This document shows, in pieces, positions 33,735 through 45,252 of a DNA stretch of 64,000 nucleotides (the first letter of the stretch is position 1; every line of letters starts with the position of its first letter). Below the pieces are notes generated by a model. That model saw only the letters and a list, made by a program, of their open reading frames with translations, was not told the DNA's origin and searched no databases. The DNA is from Selaginella moellendorffii (Eukaryota; Plantae; Lycopodiophyta). The DNA is taken from NCBI RefSeq assembly GCF_000143415.4, contig NW_003314317.1, positions 1,061,183-1,125,182 on the forward strand, in the 5' to 3' direction. Made by a program: the position numbers and the translations under genes.

Positions 33735-35237
33735 TTAGCAGCAGATCATGTTGGGGTAGACGAAGGCATCCAGGCGGGGGCTGAAGGCGAATCCCTGCAT
33801 GAATCCCTGCGCCGGGTGCTCAATCTCGCCCAGGAACGGGCAGCGCGGCAGCCATCGCCAGAGCTTCTCGTAGAAGTCATACATGAGCACCTCGGAGCAC
33901 TCCTGGATGGTGAGGAGGATGTAGTTGCCATGGCCGATGCAGTAGAAGGCCCGCTCGCAGGAGATCCGCATGAACTCCTCGTACAGCGCCTGCGGCATCC
34001 TCTCCAGCTCGATCCACACGCTCTTGGGGTGCTGCAGCCCCCAGATCCGGATGCTCTTGGGGACGTTGAGCCTGTTCTTCTCCACCGCCGCCACCATCAC
34101 CAATCGCCCGCGGCACTCGACGAGATTGGGCGTGCGCAGGAAGCGCCGCATTGGCGCCTGGATCTTGTTCCACGTCCCGGACTCCACGTCGTAGGCCAGC
34201 ACTCCAAACGGGCTGTAGTTCATGCAGTAGAAGCAGCCGTTCGCGAAGGTGGTCTTGGCGGACTCGAGGTTGCACAGCCGGGGGAGCGCTCCCGCCATCC
34301 TCCAGCACTGAATGCTCGAGTCGAACACCTCGCTGCTCAGGTTCTTCACCGCGAATGGCGAGATGAGATCGTCGCCGGCGACGAGAAGCTTGTAGCCGCG
34401 AGTGTGGCGATCCACGACGAGGCCCACGGTGGGGACGAATCGCTCCTTGAGCGTGAGCGGGAGCTGGATGCAAGCGCGAGTGAGAGGATTGCACATCACG
34501 ACCGTCTTGTAGCCGGCCATCTCGGACATACAACAGAGGAGGCCCTGCGAGGACGAGACCACGGCGATCTGCGATGGGAGGAAGCCCAGCGGCAGCAAAT
34601 GCCAGGATCGCTCTCCGGGATCGAAGAGGAAGCCCTGCGACCACACCCCGGGCCTGAAGAGGAGGAAGCAGTGCCTCGAGGGGGCAACGCGCGAGCTCAA
34701 TTCAAGAAAGCTGTCGGAAAAGAGGAGCGAGTACCAGCGCTTGCAAACCACGCGGAGCCGGAAGAAGCTGGGCAGTGGGAGCATCGCCAGGACCCTGTCC
34801 ACGAGCTTCTCCGGGAGCTGGCTCCATAGCCGCTCCTCCAGGAGAGCTTGGTGATGGTGGTAGTGATGATGGGCGAAGACAGTACCACCACCACTATCGC
34901 CATCGCCGCCACCACCGGTGATCTTGTTCTTGGCATTCGAGCTGGATTGGATCAGGAGCTCGTGCTGGTGGTGGTGATGGTGGTGGTGATGCTCGTCGTC
35001 ATTGCTGGTGGTGGAGCTCCCGATGATTTGCTGGGGATCGAATCGGAAGCTAGTGGCCCCTGACACGACGAGCCCGGCATGATCAAGCGCGACGTGGTAC
35101 CCGCTTCCACCGTCGAGAAGAATGTGGTGATGAGAGATCGTATGCGATACCTGCGTTCCTCCTCCGCCGGTGCCGCCTCCTCCGCCTCCTCCGCCTCCTC
35201 CTTCCATCAGCTGGAGCCGCTGCGCAGCGGCCATCAT
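33735..35237 (-). CDS. UFO: UNUSUAL FLORAL ORGANS-like F-box/kelch protein
   Basis: Intronless. F-box LWSQLPEKLVDRVLAMLP..FFRLRVVCKRWYSLLFS, plus UFO/APO1 signature blocks VAGDDLISPFAVKNLSSE, LPRLCNLES, FYCMNYSPF, KIQAPMRRFLRTP, LVMVAAVEKNRLNVPKSIRIW and ERMPQ. Confidence 0.85.
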   Translation of the reverse strand: MMAAAQRLQLMEGGGGGGGGGGTGGGGTQVSHTISHHHILLDGGSGYHVALDHAGLVVSGATSFRFDPQQIIGSSTTSNDDEHHHHHHHHQHELLIQSSSNAKNKITGGGGDGDSGGGTVFAHHHYHHHQALLEERLWSQLPEKLVDRVLAMLPLPSFFRLRVVCKRWYSLLFSDSFLELSSRVAPSRHCFLLFRPGVWSQGFLFDPGERSWHLLPLGFLPSQIAVVSSSQGLLCCMSEMAGYKTVVMCNPLTRACIQLPLTLKERFVPTVGLVVDRHTRGYKLLVAGDDLISPFAVKNLSSEVFDSSIQCWRMAGALPRLCNLESAKTTFANGCFYCMNYSPFGVLAYDVESGTWNKIQAPMRRFLRTPNLVECRGRLVMVAAVEKNRLNVPKSIRIWGLQHPKSVWIELERMPQALYEEFMRISCERAFYCIGHGNYILLTIQECSEVLMYDFYEKLWRWLPRCPFLGEIEHPAQGFMQGFAFSPRLDAFVYPNMICC

Positions 35238-36906
35238 CCTTTCTCTCCCTCGTCACACTCACACCCACACACACACACACACTCGCAAATCCTCTAAATC
35301 TCTCGCTCGCGCCTCACATTCTCAATGCTCGGCTCTACTCAAGAGGAGGAAAAGACGATCGACGATCTGGAGAAAAGACTTGCGAGCCAAGCGAGAAGCG
35401 AATCGAAAAGAAGAAAGCGTGAGGGGAAAGAGGAACACTTGCGCTGCTCCAGATAACGCCTCTCGCTGCTGGCGCTCTGTGCTGTGCCGCTGCGCTGCCG
35501 CTCTACTGCCTAAGAAACTGAGCCCAAAATTCGTAACCATCATTAGCGAAAAAGAGAAGAAATTTTGTTCGAGCCCAACGCCAGGCCTCCCTCTCAGCCC
35601 AGGCAGCTAAGTAGAGAAGGGCATAAAGTGGGGACTAGCAATTTGGTAATCGCCGAGGGAGATACGATTAGGGTACCCTCTTGCTCATCAGATTTATGAC
35701 GCGCTGCACGGATTCGAGACGCGCTGTTGTACTGCATTGTACTGCCGCCACACCGCGCGTCCCCCGCTGCATTCGCTTTGAACTAAGCGAAAGCCCTAAC
35801 TAAACCCTAAGTAGCAGCCCAGATCTTCTCGATTTTTAAATTTTTTTTAAATGATGCAATCCGAAATGAATACTCCTACTGGGTCCTTTTCTTTTTTCCA
35901 TTCTTTTCTTTCGCCTGCGCTGATCACCACCTCCACTTCTTTCTCTTTCTCTCTGCCACCCCCCACCACTGTCGTCTTGCGCAAGAACCCTAAAACTCGA
36001 TGATGGAGAGATGTTGCGCGCTGGTTCGATTCCGCAAGGGGCACAAGCGTTGCAGCTATTTTATTGCGATCACGCGTGGGTTGCGCCGAGTGCTGCATTC
36101 CCGCACCTCCATTCTTCCATCAGCCGGGAAAAATCGCCGGAGAAGATTGATGTTATGCATTCTTTCACGTTTTTGAGCTTGTTACGACTGATTGGCAGGC
36201 TTGATCCTTCCATGGCTCGATTACTAGGCAAATTCTTTAGTTTTCCATTTGCGAAACTTGTTTTGGCGATGTGTCGTTGTGGTTCCCGATCTTTCCCACG
36301 GGGATTCTTTTGATAATGATGCTCATTCGAACATGGCTGCCAAATCACCAACCTGATGTAGAAATTTCTTTTTTCTTGATTACAAGTATTATCTACCACG
36401 TACGGAATTTGCATATAAAAGTTCCGTGCATTGTTCGATCGGACAAGATTTCTTTCAGGCGAAACCAATCGAAGGCTCAGAAAAACTTGTTCATGTTTTG
36501 CATTCCAAGCAAATCACTTAGGAGGTGATCTTCAATTCCACCACGTCTCGAAAACTTTGTGTCTTTTACAGCGAAGGTTGCGATTCCTTCGGAAAAGAAT
36601 CTCGATGCAACGCACCTTGTAAATAATGATTAACATTCGTTGCTAAATTAATCAACTTTCTAACAGCATGCGCAGTACCAGCAGGAGACGCCGAGACCGA
36701 CCACATGAAAGCCCCAGAGATTCTTCACGAGTTTAACAAACATTTCGTGTGTGTGATCTTTGCAAGTCAAGTATACATCGATAAAATACCACAACCAACG
36801 GATGAATTAGCACTTTTTTCCCGGAACTCCTCATGGCTGGGCTGTCTGCTACGTAGGACCGCTTGCTGCGTCAAAAAAAACTTCCAGTTCGATCTTTTCT
36901 CAACGA

Positions 36907-36991
36907 CCGATCTTAGCTCAGTTGGTAGAGCGGAGGACTGTAGTGCACAACAGGTATCCTTAGGTCGCTGGTTCGATTCCGGCAGATCGGA
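36907..36991 (+). tRNA. tRNA-Tyr(GUA) with 12-nt intron
   Basis: Canonical body; intron tgcacaacaggt; oligo-T terminator follows. Confidence 0.95.
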
Positions 36992-37107
36992 GCATTTTTA
37001 CATCTTTTTCTTTGATTAATGTGTTTTATTGGAGTATTTTTTTCTTTTATTTACTTTAATTCTAACACTTTAATTAAAGAGGTTTTTTTATCTCAAATCA
37101 ATAATGA

Positions 37108-37192
37108 CCGATCTTAGCTCAGTTTGTAGAGTGGAGGGCTGTAGTGCTCTTCAGATATCCTTAGGTCGCTGGTTCGATTCCGGCAGATCGGA
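37108..37192 (+). tRNA. tRNA-Tyr(GUA), variant and possibly decaying
   Basis: D-loop GG changed to TG, plus D-stem and anticodon-stem substitutions; intron tgctcttcagat. Confidence 0.7.
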
Positions 37193-37276
37193 TCTTTTCC
37201 TGTTATCACTTTAATTAATCTTAGAGTATTTTTTCCTTTTGTCACTTAATTAAAGAAGTTTTTATCTCAATAATGA

Positions 37277-37343
37277 CCGGCCTTAGCTCAGTTGGTAGAG
37301 CTCAGACAGCGTCAGGTGGCTGGTTCGATTCCGGCAGATCGGA
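37277..37343 (+). pseudogene. tRNA-Tyr pseudogene lacking the anticodon arm
   Basis: A-box and B-box halves are retained, but the GGAGGACTGTAG segment is deleted. Confidence 0.85.
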
Positions 37344-38551
37344 GAGTTTATTTTATTGTTTCCGTCCTTCGGACAAGAAATCGAAGGAAAAAGAAAGAAT
37401 TTGGCGGGGACAGGAGTTCGAAACCCTGGAGCGTCGGGATCGTGACTCGCGAAGGTACTTAGTTTTGTGCTCGGCTCGGCGGTGTCAGAGAGGAGGGAGA
37501 AGCGTGTCTCAATGAATGCGCCATTCATTCATGTTCTCTGCGCTCCATCCAGCGCCACTGAATTCCACAGCCGCTGCCGCATTGATTGCCGCGCGGCCGA
37601 GGAGAAAATGCTGCCCTGGCTATGGCGCCACGAGCCAGATTAGCTGCGGCCGAGCAAAGAATGGATTCCTTCCAGCAGCGCCCGGCGATTCCTCCGTGAG
37701 CTCATCCTTTTCTCGCCCCTAAACCCACGGATCAGGTTCGCGATTCGCAGTTTGATCGATATTCTTGACCAAATCTCAGGTTTGTTTGCGTGGCAGCTGT
37801 GAGGAATCGCACCGTCGACCTAACTTTCGGCCAGGACACAAGCACGAAAAAATTCCTTGGCATCACTTCTTTTTTGCCTCTCTCGCTTTCACGGAAAGTG
37901 GAGTCTTGCCAGCCTTTTGTGGAGGTGCGTATTTTTTTCTCTCTTTTTTTCTTGTTTCTTAGATTTCTAGCTCGGCCGATTGGCTTACAGATGATCACAG
38001 GTTTGGTGGGTCTCGCTGGTTGGTCTGTTGGTTTGATTTGATATGGACCGGATTGTCGTTGTTAGCTTGTTTTTCGATTTCTTTTCTTCGTTCAAGTCTC
38101 TGCGGTCGTGCTTGTCGATGTCTTACATCAATGGTGCATTAACTGGAATGCACCCAGCTGCACCAGTGGCAGCTGCTGCTTTTCTTTTGTTGTGATGCAT
38201 CTATCGGTCTCAGGTTTGCTGCTGTTTGATGGATTCTTGAGAAGTCGAAGAAGTGGTTGAGTGATCACTTCCAAAGGACTTCGCCTTGTGCGCTTTTGTC
38301 TGAGCTCCTTTCTGGCGATTTTGGCAGGGAGAGCCTTGAGAATACGCGGGGAGGGTGCCAGTCGATGGGGATTTCTATTGCCGAGGGTGCAATGTAGCTA
38401 GATTTGAGTCCGAAGAGCAGAGAAGATGCAGCTGTCCGAGGTTTGGAAGCAAATTGGAAGCGTGGAGACTGCCGCTACTCAAAGTGAGTGGTAGATCTCA
38501 GCTCTTGGATAAGCTATATAATGGTCTTCTTGTTTCGTGCTTCTTCCAGGC

Positions 38552-41500
38552 ATGTCCGAGGAAGTAGCTAAAGTTCTCGGGCATCACAGGCTGGGTAGTT
38601 TCCTCATGCAAGGGCATGACTACGATCTCTCAGAGTCTTTTAGAAGCAGGACAGTTCCGGAGGAAATGATACGAGATGGAAATTGCAAGCAGGATGTCGA
38701 TGATGAGCCAGTCAAAGAGCAGCCGCATGCCACAGTGTCGTACCTTCAATTGTTCAGCTTTGCGGACTATCTCGATTATGTGCTTATCTTCCTGGGTACC
38801 GTCGGTGCCTCGGTCCACGGAGCAGCTATTCCCGGGTTCTTCGTCTTCTTTGGGAAAATGATCGATGAGTTCGGCAAGGATTATAACAATCCACACAAGA
38901 TGGGGCACGAAGTTAGCAAGGTAAGCTCTCGCATTGTTTTCTTGGTTTGTCTAACGCTTCCGTGCTTTAGTATTCTCTTTATTTCGTCTACTTGGGCTTG
39001 GTGATCCTGGTCGCAGCTTGGCTTGGTAAACGTCTGCTTTTGTCAACTGGACGACACTTACGTGACAGTTTTCCATGTGCAGAGGTGTCCTGTTGGACTT
39101 ACACTGGCGAAAGGCAATCGTCACGCATGCGAACTCACTATTTAAAAGCAATGTTGAGTCAAGATGTCGGTTTCTTCGACACCGATGCCACCACCGGTGA
39201 AATTGTTATTGGGATATCTAGTGACACGGCACTTGTGCAAGAGGCAATCGGTCCCAAGGTTTGTGTCTCCAAGTTAAAGCTCTGCTTGAAACTACGTAAA
39301 GATGTGGTGTGCAGGCTGGAAACTACGTGCATTACATGGCGAGGTTTTTTGCCGGTTTCGCGGTGGGATTTACGTCTGTATGGCAGCTTACGCTATTGAC
39401 TTTAGCCGTCGTTCCTGCAATTGCTGTTGCCGGAGGAGCTTATGCATACACAATGGTCGGGCTAACCACCAAAAATCAAAAGGCTTACGCCAGAGCGGGG
39501 GAGATTGCAGAAGAGGTATTTTATCTTGTCCATTTTACTCTTTTACTTACCTGTTTTGTTCTTACAACAGACTATTTCTCAAGTTCGAACTGTTTACTCG
39601 TTCGTTGGCGAAGAAAAGGCTCAGGAGTCGTACTCAAGGGCCCTAGAAACAACCTTAAAACTCGGGAAGAGCGGTGGATTGGCCAAAGGACTTGGACTTG
39701 GAGCAACCTATGGCCTCACCTTCGGTTCTTGGGCACTACTACTTTGGTATGCAGGAGTTTTAGTCAGGCACGGTACAACAAATGGTGGCGAAGCGTTTAC
39801 GACCATACTTAATGTTGTTATCAGCAGCCTGTAAGTATCTGTTTTCGTGCATCTCTACCGCAACTTACCTGGTTTTGTTTTAACCAGTTCCTTGGGAAAT
39901 GCAGCTCCGAATCTCGGCGCTTTTGCCAAAGGCAAAGCTGCCGGATATAATATACTGGAGATGATCAAACGAAAACCAGCAATCAATCCAAACACTTCGG
40001 ACGGCAAGACAATCTCAAATGTGCAAGGAAACATTGAGTTCGTGGACATACATTTTAGCTATCCGTCGAGACCAGACGTAACCATTTTCCAGAAGTTATG
40101 CCTGAAGATCCCCCAGGGAAAGACAGTGGCGATAGTCGGTGGCAGTGGTTCCGGTAAAAGCACGGTGATAGCGTTGATCGAGCGATTCTACGATCCTATG
40201 TCTGGTAAAACTTGAGTCGTCCGTTTTGACGTTTTCTAAATCATTTGGATTCGTTGCAGGCATAATCTTGTTAGATTCTCACGACATCAAGACGTTGCAG
40301 CTCAAATGGCTACGGAGTCAAATTGGTCTTGTGAATCAAGAGCCGGCATTATTTGCAACCACTATTCGTGAAAACATTCTGCTAGGAAAGCCCGATGCAA
40401 GCGACGACGAAATCTTCGAAGCTGCTACTGTTGCTGGCGCTCATGCTTTCATCCAGCAACTGCCTGATGGCTACGAGACTCAGGTTTGTTAATGTCACCT
40501 ATTTTTCTTGTGTATTAAGGAAGTTTCAGTGACCAGGTTGGTGAGAAGGGTGTGCAACTGTCTGGCGGACAGAAGCAAAGAGTTGCTATCACAAGGGCCA
40601 TGGTGAAGAACCCTTCAATATTACTGCTGGACGAGGCTACCAGTGCGCTGGATGCAGCGTCTGAACAGTCGGTGCAAGAAGCTCTGGACACTCTTATGGT
40701 CGGAAGAACAACCGTCGTTGTTGCGCACCGGCTGTCTACAGTCCAGAATGCTGATATCATTGCCGTCGTACAGGGTGGGAAAATAGTCGAAACTGGTACT
40801 CACTCGGCGCTGATGGCAAAGGGAGAATCGGGAGCTTATTGTGAACTCGTGAGGCTGCAAGAAGCAGGGAAAGCAAAGACTCTAGATGGCCCTCCGAGCA
40901 AGCATTCCAGGTATGAGTTGTACTTCCTTTTTATATGGTTCCCAACATCCCTCTTGTAATGCAGGCTTTCTCGAGGATCTTCCATGTCTCAGTTCAGCTT
41001 TAGGCTACAGTCCGACGCCGAAAGTCAAAGCATTATTGGCATGGAAGAAGACCAACGTCTAAGTCTACCAAAGCCTTCTTTCAGGCGTCTCTTGAAGCTG
41101 AATGCTCGTGAATGGCCTCAGGGCGTTCTTGGTGCTTTTGGGGCCATACTCGCTGGAGTCGAGATGCCATTCTTCGCTTTCGGGTTGACACAGGTCCTAG
41201 TCACATACTACAATCCTGACAAGCATTACGTGAAGAAAGAAGTCGAAAAGTACGTGTTTTTTTTCACCGGTTTAACCATTCTTGCGGTTCTGGCCAACAC
41301 ACTTGAACACTACTTTTTTGGCTACATGGGAGAGTGCCTCACAATGCGAGTACGAAACATGATGTTTTCAGGTGAGCTGATGGGTTTGGTTTATACGAAC
41401 TCTAATGTTCTCTTTTCCAGCTATACTTAAAAACGAACTAGGCTGGTTTGAGAAAGCAGACAATTACAGCAGCTTAGTTTCATCACAACTTGCTAGCGAT

Positions 41501-42925
41501 GCAACTCTCGTCCGTGCTGCCGTTGGTGACAGGCTGTCCATACTGCTACAGAACTCCGCATTAATCCTCGGTGGATTTATAATCGCTTTTGTCCTTCAGT
41601 GGAAACTGACTTTGATAGTTCTTGCTCTCTTTCCACTTCTTATTAGTGCCCATGTCGGTGAGGTAAGGTTGTGATTCCTGTGTCGTCGATGTTTATTTTC
41701 CGTTTTGCAGCATTTGTTCATGAAAGGTTTCGGAGTAAACCTGAGCAAAGTCTACGCCCGTGCATCCGTGGTAGCTGGTGAAGCTGTTAGCAACATCAGG
41801 ACTGTGGCAGCATTTTGTGGAGAGAGCAAGGTGTTGGAGCTTTTCAACCGGCAACTCGAGGGGATAAAAAAGAACTCCTTTGCTAGGGGACAAGTAGCAG
41901 GATTGGGATATGGGCTAGCGCAGTGCTGCTTATATAGTTCTTACGGGCTCGCACTCTGGTACGCGGCAAAGCTGATCAAGGATGGCGACTCTTCCTTTGG
42001 GCCTGTGATAAAGTGCTTCATCCTCCTCATTTTCACGGCGTTTGGAGTCGCTGAAACTCTGGCCTTGGCCCCGGACCTGATGCGAAGCTCTCGAGCAGTC
42101 GGTTCGGTTTTCGCAATCCTGGACAGGAAAACAGAGATCGATCCGGACGAGCCCGACTCAGAAATCATCACGCACATTCGCGGTGATATAGAATTCAAGC
42201 GCGTCAACTTCAGCTATCCTTCTCGCCCCGACGTGACAATCTTCTACGACCTCAACCTCAAAGTCCGCGCTGGAAGTAGCCTCGCACTTGTTGGAGCAAG
42301 CGGCTCCGGAAAGAGCTCCGTCGTCGCACTGATCCAGAGATTCTACGACCCTTCGGCAGGCAAAGTATTGATCGACGGGATGGACATCCGGAGGATCAAC
42401 CTCAAGTCGCTGCGGCTTCACATCGGGCTGGTCCAGCAGGAGCCTGCGCTGTTTGCGACGAGCATCTACGAGAACGTCGCATACGGGAGAGATGGAGCAA
42501 CGGAGTCGGAGGTGGTGGAGGCTGCCAAGGCTGGAAACGCTCACAGCTTCATCAGCAGCCTCCCGGATGGATACCAGACTCAGGTTGGCGAAAGAGGGAC
42601 GCAGCTTTCTGGAGGACAGAAGCAGCGAGTAGCGATTGCTCGCGCGGTGCTCAAGAACCCGGCCATTCTTCTGCTGGACGAGGCGACCAGTGCTCTGGAC
42701 GCGCAGTCAGAAAAAGTGGTACAGGAGGCGCTGGACAGGCTGATGCGCGGCAGGACGACTGTTTTGGTAGCACACAGGCTATCGACGATACAGAACGCGG
42801 GCGTGATTGCGGTGGTAGAGGGTGGTCGAATCGTGGAGCAGGGAAGTCATAGGGAGCTCATGGCCAAGGGCGATGGTGCCTACGCGAGGCTGGTTAGGCT
42901 GCAACAAATGAAAGAAACGAGATGA
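38552..42925 (+). CDS. ABCB: Full-size ABCB (P-glycoprotein/MDR) transporter, about 11 exons; start codon uncertain (38552, 38607 or 38667)
   Basis: TMD-NBD-TMD-NBD layout; Walker [10 protein letters not shown] and GASGSGKSS; two LSGGQKQR signatures; two [11 protein letters not shown] motifs; about 50-56 nt GT-AG introns. Confidence 0.96.
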
Positions 42926-43569
42926 CTTATAATAAGTATATAATATTACAAAAATAAAACTGTGGCATCAACGAACGAGCATGTACAAAGTTGCAACTAC
43001 ACCAGGTTTCTGTATGGTTTGTTTAAGAATGGTTTGCTTTCTTGCATCTAGTAGTAAGAGTTTTGCAAGTTTCCCTCCACAACTTATAGGTGTTATTTTA
43101 GAAGCAATACTTAGTTGATCAGATCAATATACAAGAAGAACCTCTAAACTTTGTCTTGATCTTGCAGTAAATGAAATCTTTACTATTTATAAAGTGTTTC
43201 AAATGATAATTAGATAATATATTTGAAAAGCTTATATATATATATAAATATAAAATGTAGGTTGTACATAGAGCAGTCCAAGTTATGTAGTGGATTGTAA
43301 AGGAAAAAAAAAAAAAAAAACAACTTAAAATACAATCTATACAAGTTTAAATATAAAGGGAAAGTGTTGATGAATAAAAATGCACCTCCTTTTTTAATCG
43401 GTTAAAAGATATTTTAGGGTTAAGTGTCATTAGGCTTATTGGATGACTTCCCCGGAAGTTTAAACTCATGAGTTTACAATAATTGATTCCAAGTACTTAG
43501 AAAAGAAAAGAAAAATATGAAGACGAATATTACTTTTGCACTTTATTTAAAACAAATAATTTTAGAAGA

Positions 43570-43650
43570 AATTGGTTGCTATTTAGGAATTCAAACTGAT
43601 GGTAATCTTGTGATATATAATGAAAATCACGAGAAAGTATGGTTATATGA
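43570..43650 (+). pseudogene. Possible bulb-type (GNA) lectin fragment
   Basis: CYLGIQTDGNLVIYNENHEKVW matches the QxDxNxVxY mannose-binding motif. Single motif in very AT-rich DNA. Confidence 0.35.
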
Positions 43651-43999
43651 TATATATTGGAAAGAGAAATTTAAAGTAATGGCTTTATATAAAGAAACTA
43701 TTATGAAACTTTTTTTTTTAGAAACCTAAAATTTTGACATATTTGTTAGGTTTATTTGTTTTTATGATGAATATTTATAATACTCTCTAATTTTTATAAT
43801 TCTAAAAGATAGAAAATTAATAGAATATATTTACTAAGCACATATTGTTGAGCCAAATTCTTTTGCTAAATATAAAAGTACAATAATGGAGATTTTTCTA
43901 CAAAAATCAATATTTTCATTTTGTTGAATATATTTCTGAAATCATCTTAATATAATTACACATTTAAGGTGAAATGAGGAGTTTAGCTTTCACTGATCC

Positions 44000-44770
44000 A
44001 TCTTATTGGAGTGAAAGTCTTTGGTTTAAACAAGATCTTAAAGGCTACACACATTAGAGTAGGCTTTTGATTGTTCTTGGCATAAAAACCTTATACAAAT
44101 TCAAGAATTTATGAGATAATCTCTTACTACAATCTTTGACAAATCGTGAATTTGGGGCAATGACAATGTAGATGATACATCCCTCTTATTGCTCAAAGTG
44201 CATGGATATAACCACCCCCTAACCTATATGATGTTAATTGATTTTCTAAAGTATAGCATTCAAAGGCTTATTAGGAATAAGTGAAGAAAGAAGATAAGCT
44301 CAAGAAAGGGCATTAGTATCAACTATAGAATTCCTTAGTTAATGAACAACTTTAAAATTATATATTTGAATCTTTAGAGCATATTAAGTAGTACAACCAA
44401 CCAAGTTCTTCTATAATCATCCTTTAACAATATCTGACAACAATGCAAGTATGCATGAAACTTCTTGAAACCCCAAATTACTGCTATACACTCTTCTATT
44501 GCAGAGTAGGTCACCTCCATTAATTATATAATGGGATGATGCTAATTAGGCATACTCGTGCTCTTTTGTATCAACACATCTCTAAAACCAACATTAATAA
44601 CATCCATATGCAAGATGAAAGATCAAGTGTAATTAGGATACATTAAAATTGAAGGAGTCGTCAACACTTTTTTAAGATCCAAAATGCCTATATATAATCT
44701 TTAGATTAAACAAATGACAATGTTGATGACTTCAACAATGTATAAAAAACTAAAGAGACGACTCAAGAGA
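44000..44770 (-). mobile_element. Decayed Gypsy RT/RNase H fragment related to the element at 17.3-21.2 kb
   Basis: Minus strand reads LKKVLTTPSILMYPNY..FILHMDV..VLIQK..EVTYSAIEECIAVIWGFKKFHAYL. The 44280-44440 segment is similar to 19400-19570. Confidence 0.75.
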
Positions 44771-45252
44771 TGATCTATTGGGGTTTAAATATAAAAAAAA
44801 AAAGTTTATGAATAAGAGTTTAAAGATTTTGGGATATTTGGGTTTTAATGTCCTTGAGTTTGAGTAATACTAAGCTAGATGACCTTTCGGGAAGTCCAAG
44901 TTTAGAAGCTCTAGCTAAAGTTAACTCAAGGGTAAAGTGTCAAGAGAGTTGAACTGAGATATTGCACATTTTCAAGGAAGTGTTGCATATTGTACTTCGG
45001 AGTAAAGTACTTTGGAAGATGATGAAGAACTTATATATACCAAATGGTGTATGGAAAGCAATTTTGAGAATATCCTTCTCAACTATCAGCACTTGCTAAT
45101 ACCCAAAAGTAAAATTTAACTTAGAATTCTTCTAAAATGATCCTTAGTACTTGAAAGCAAGATTCAATTTAGTGAACTAATAATGTAAACTTATGAATTT
45201 GGATTTCTTGGGAGGTCATTCATCCTAGTATTATTAAAACCCAAGGACATTT

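Noticed and set aside
33960-34030. F-box gene as LCR with a miR394 site
   Set aside because: The region encodes ELERMPQ and lacks the GGAGGTTGACAGAATGCCAA-type site; the motifs fit UFO better.
14189-42925. P450 + hydrolase + ABCB as a biosynthetic gene cluster
   Set aside because: No scaffold-forming enzyme, unrelated genes are interspersed, and no co-expression evidence is available from sequence.
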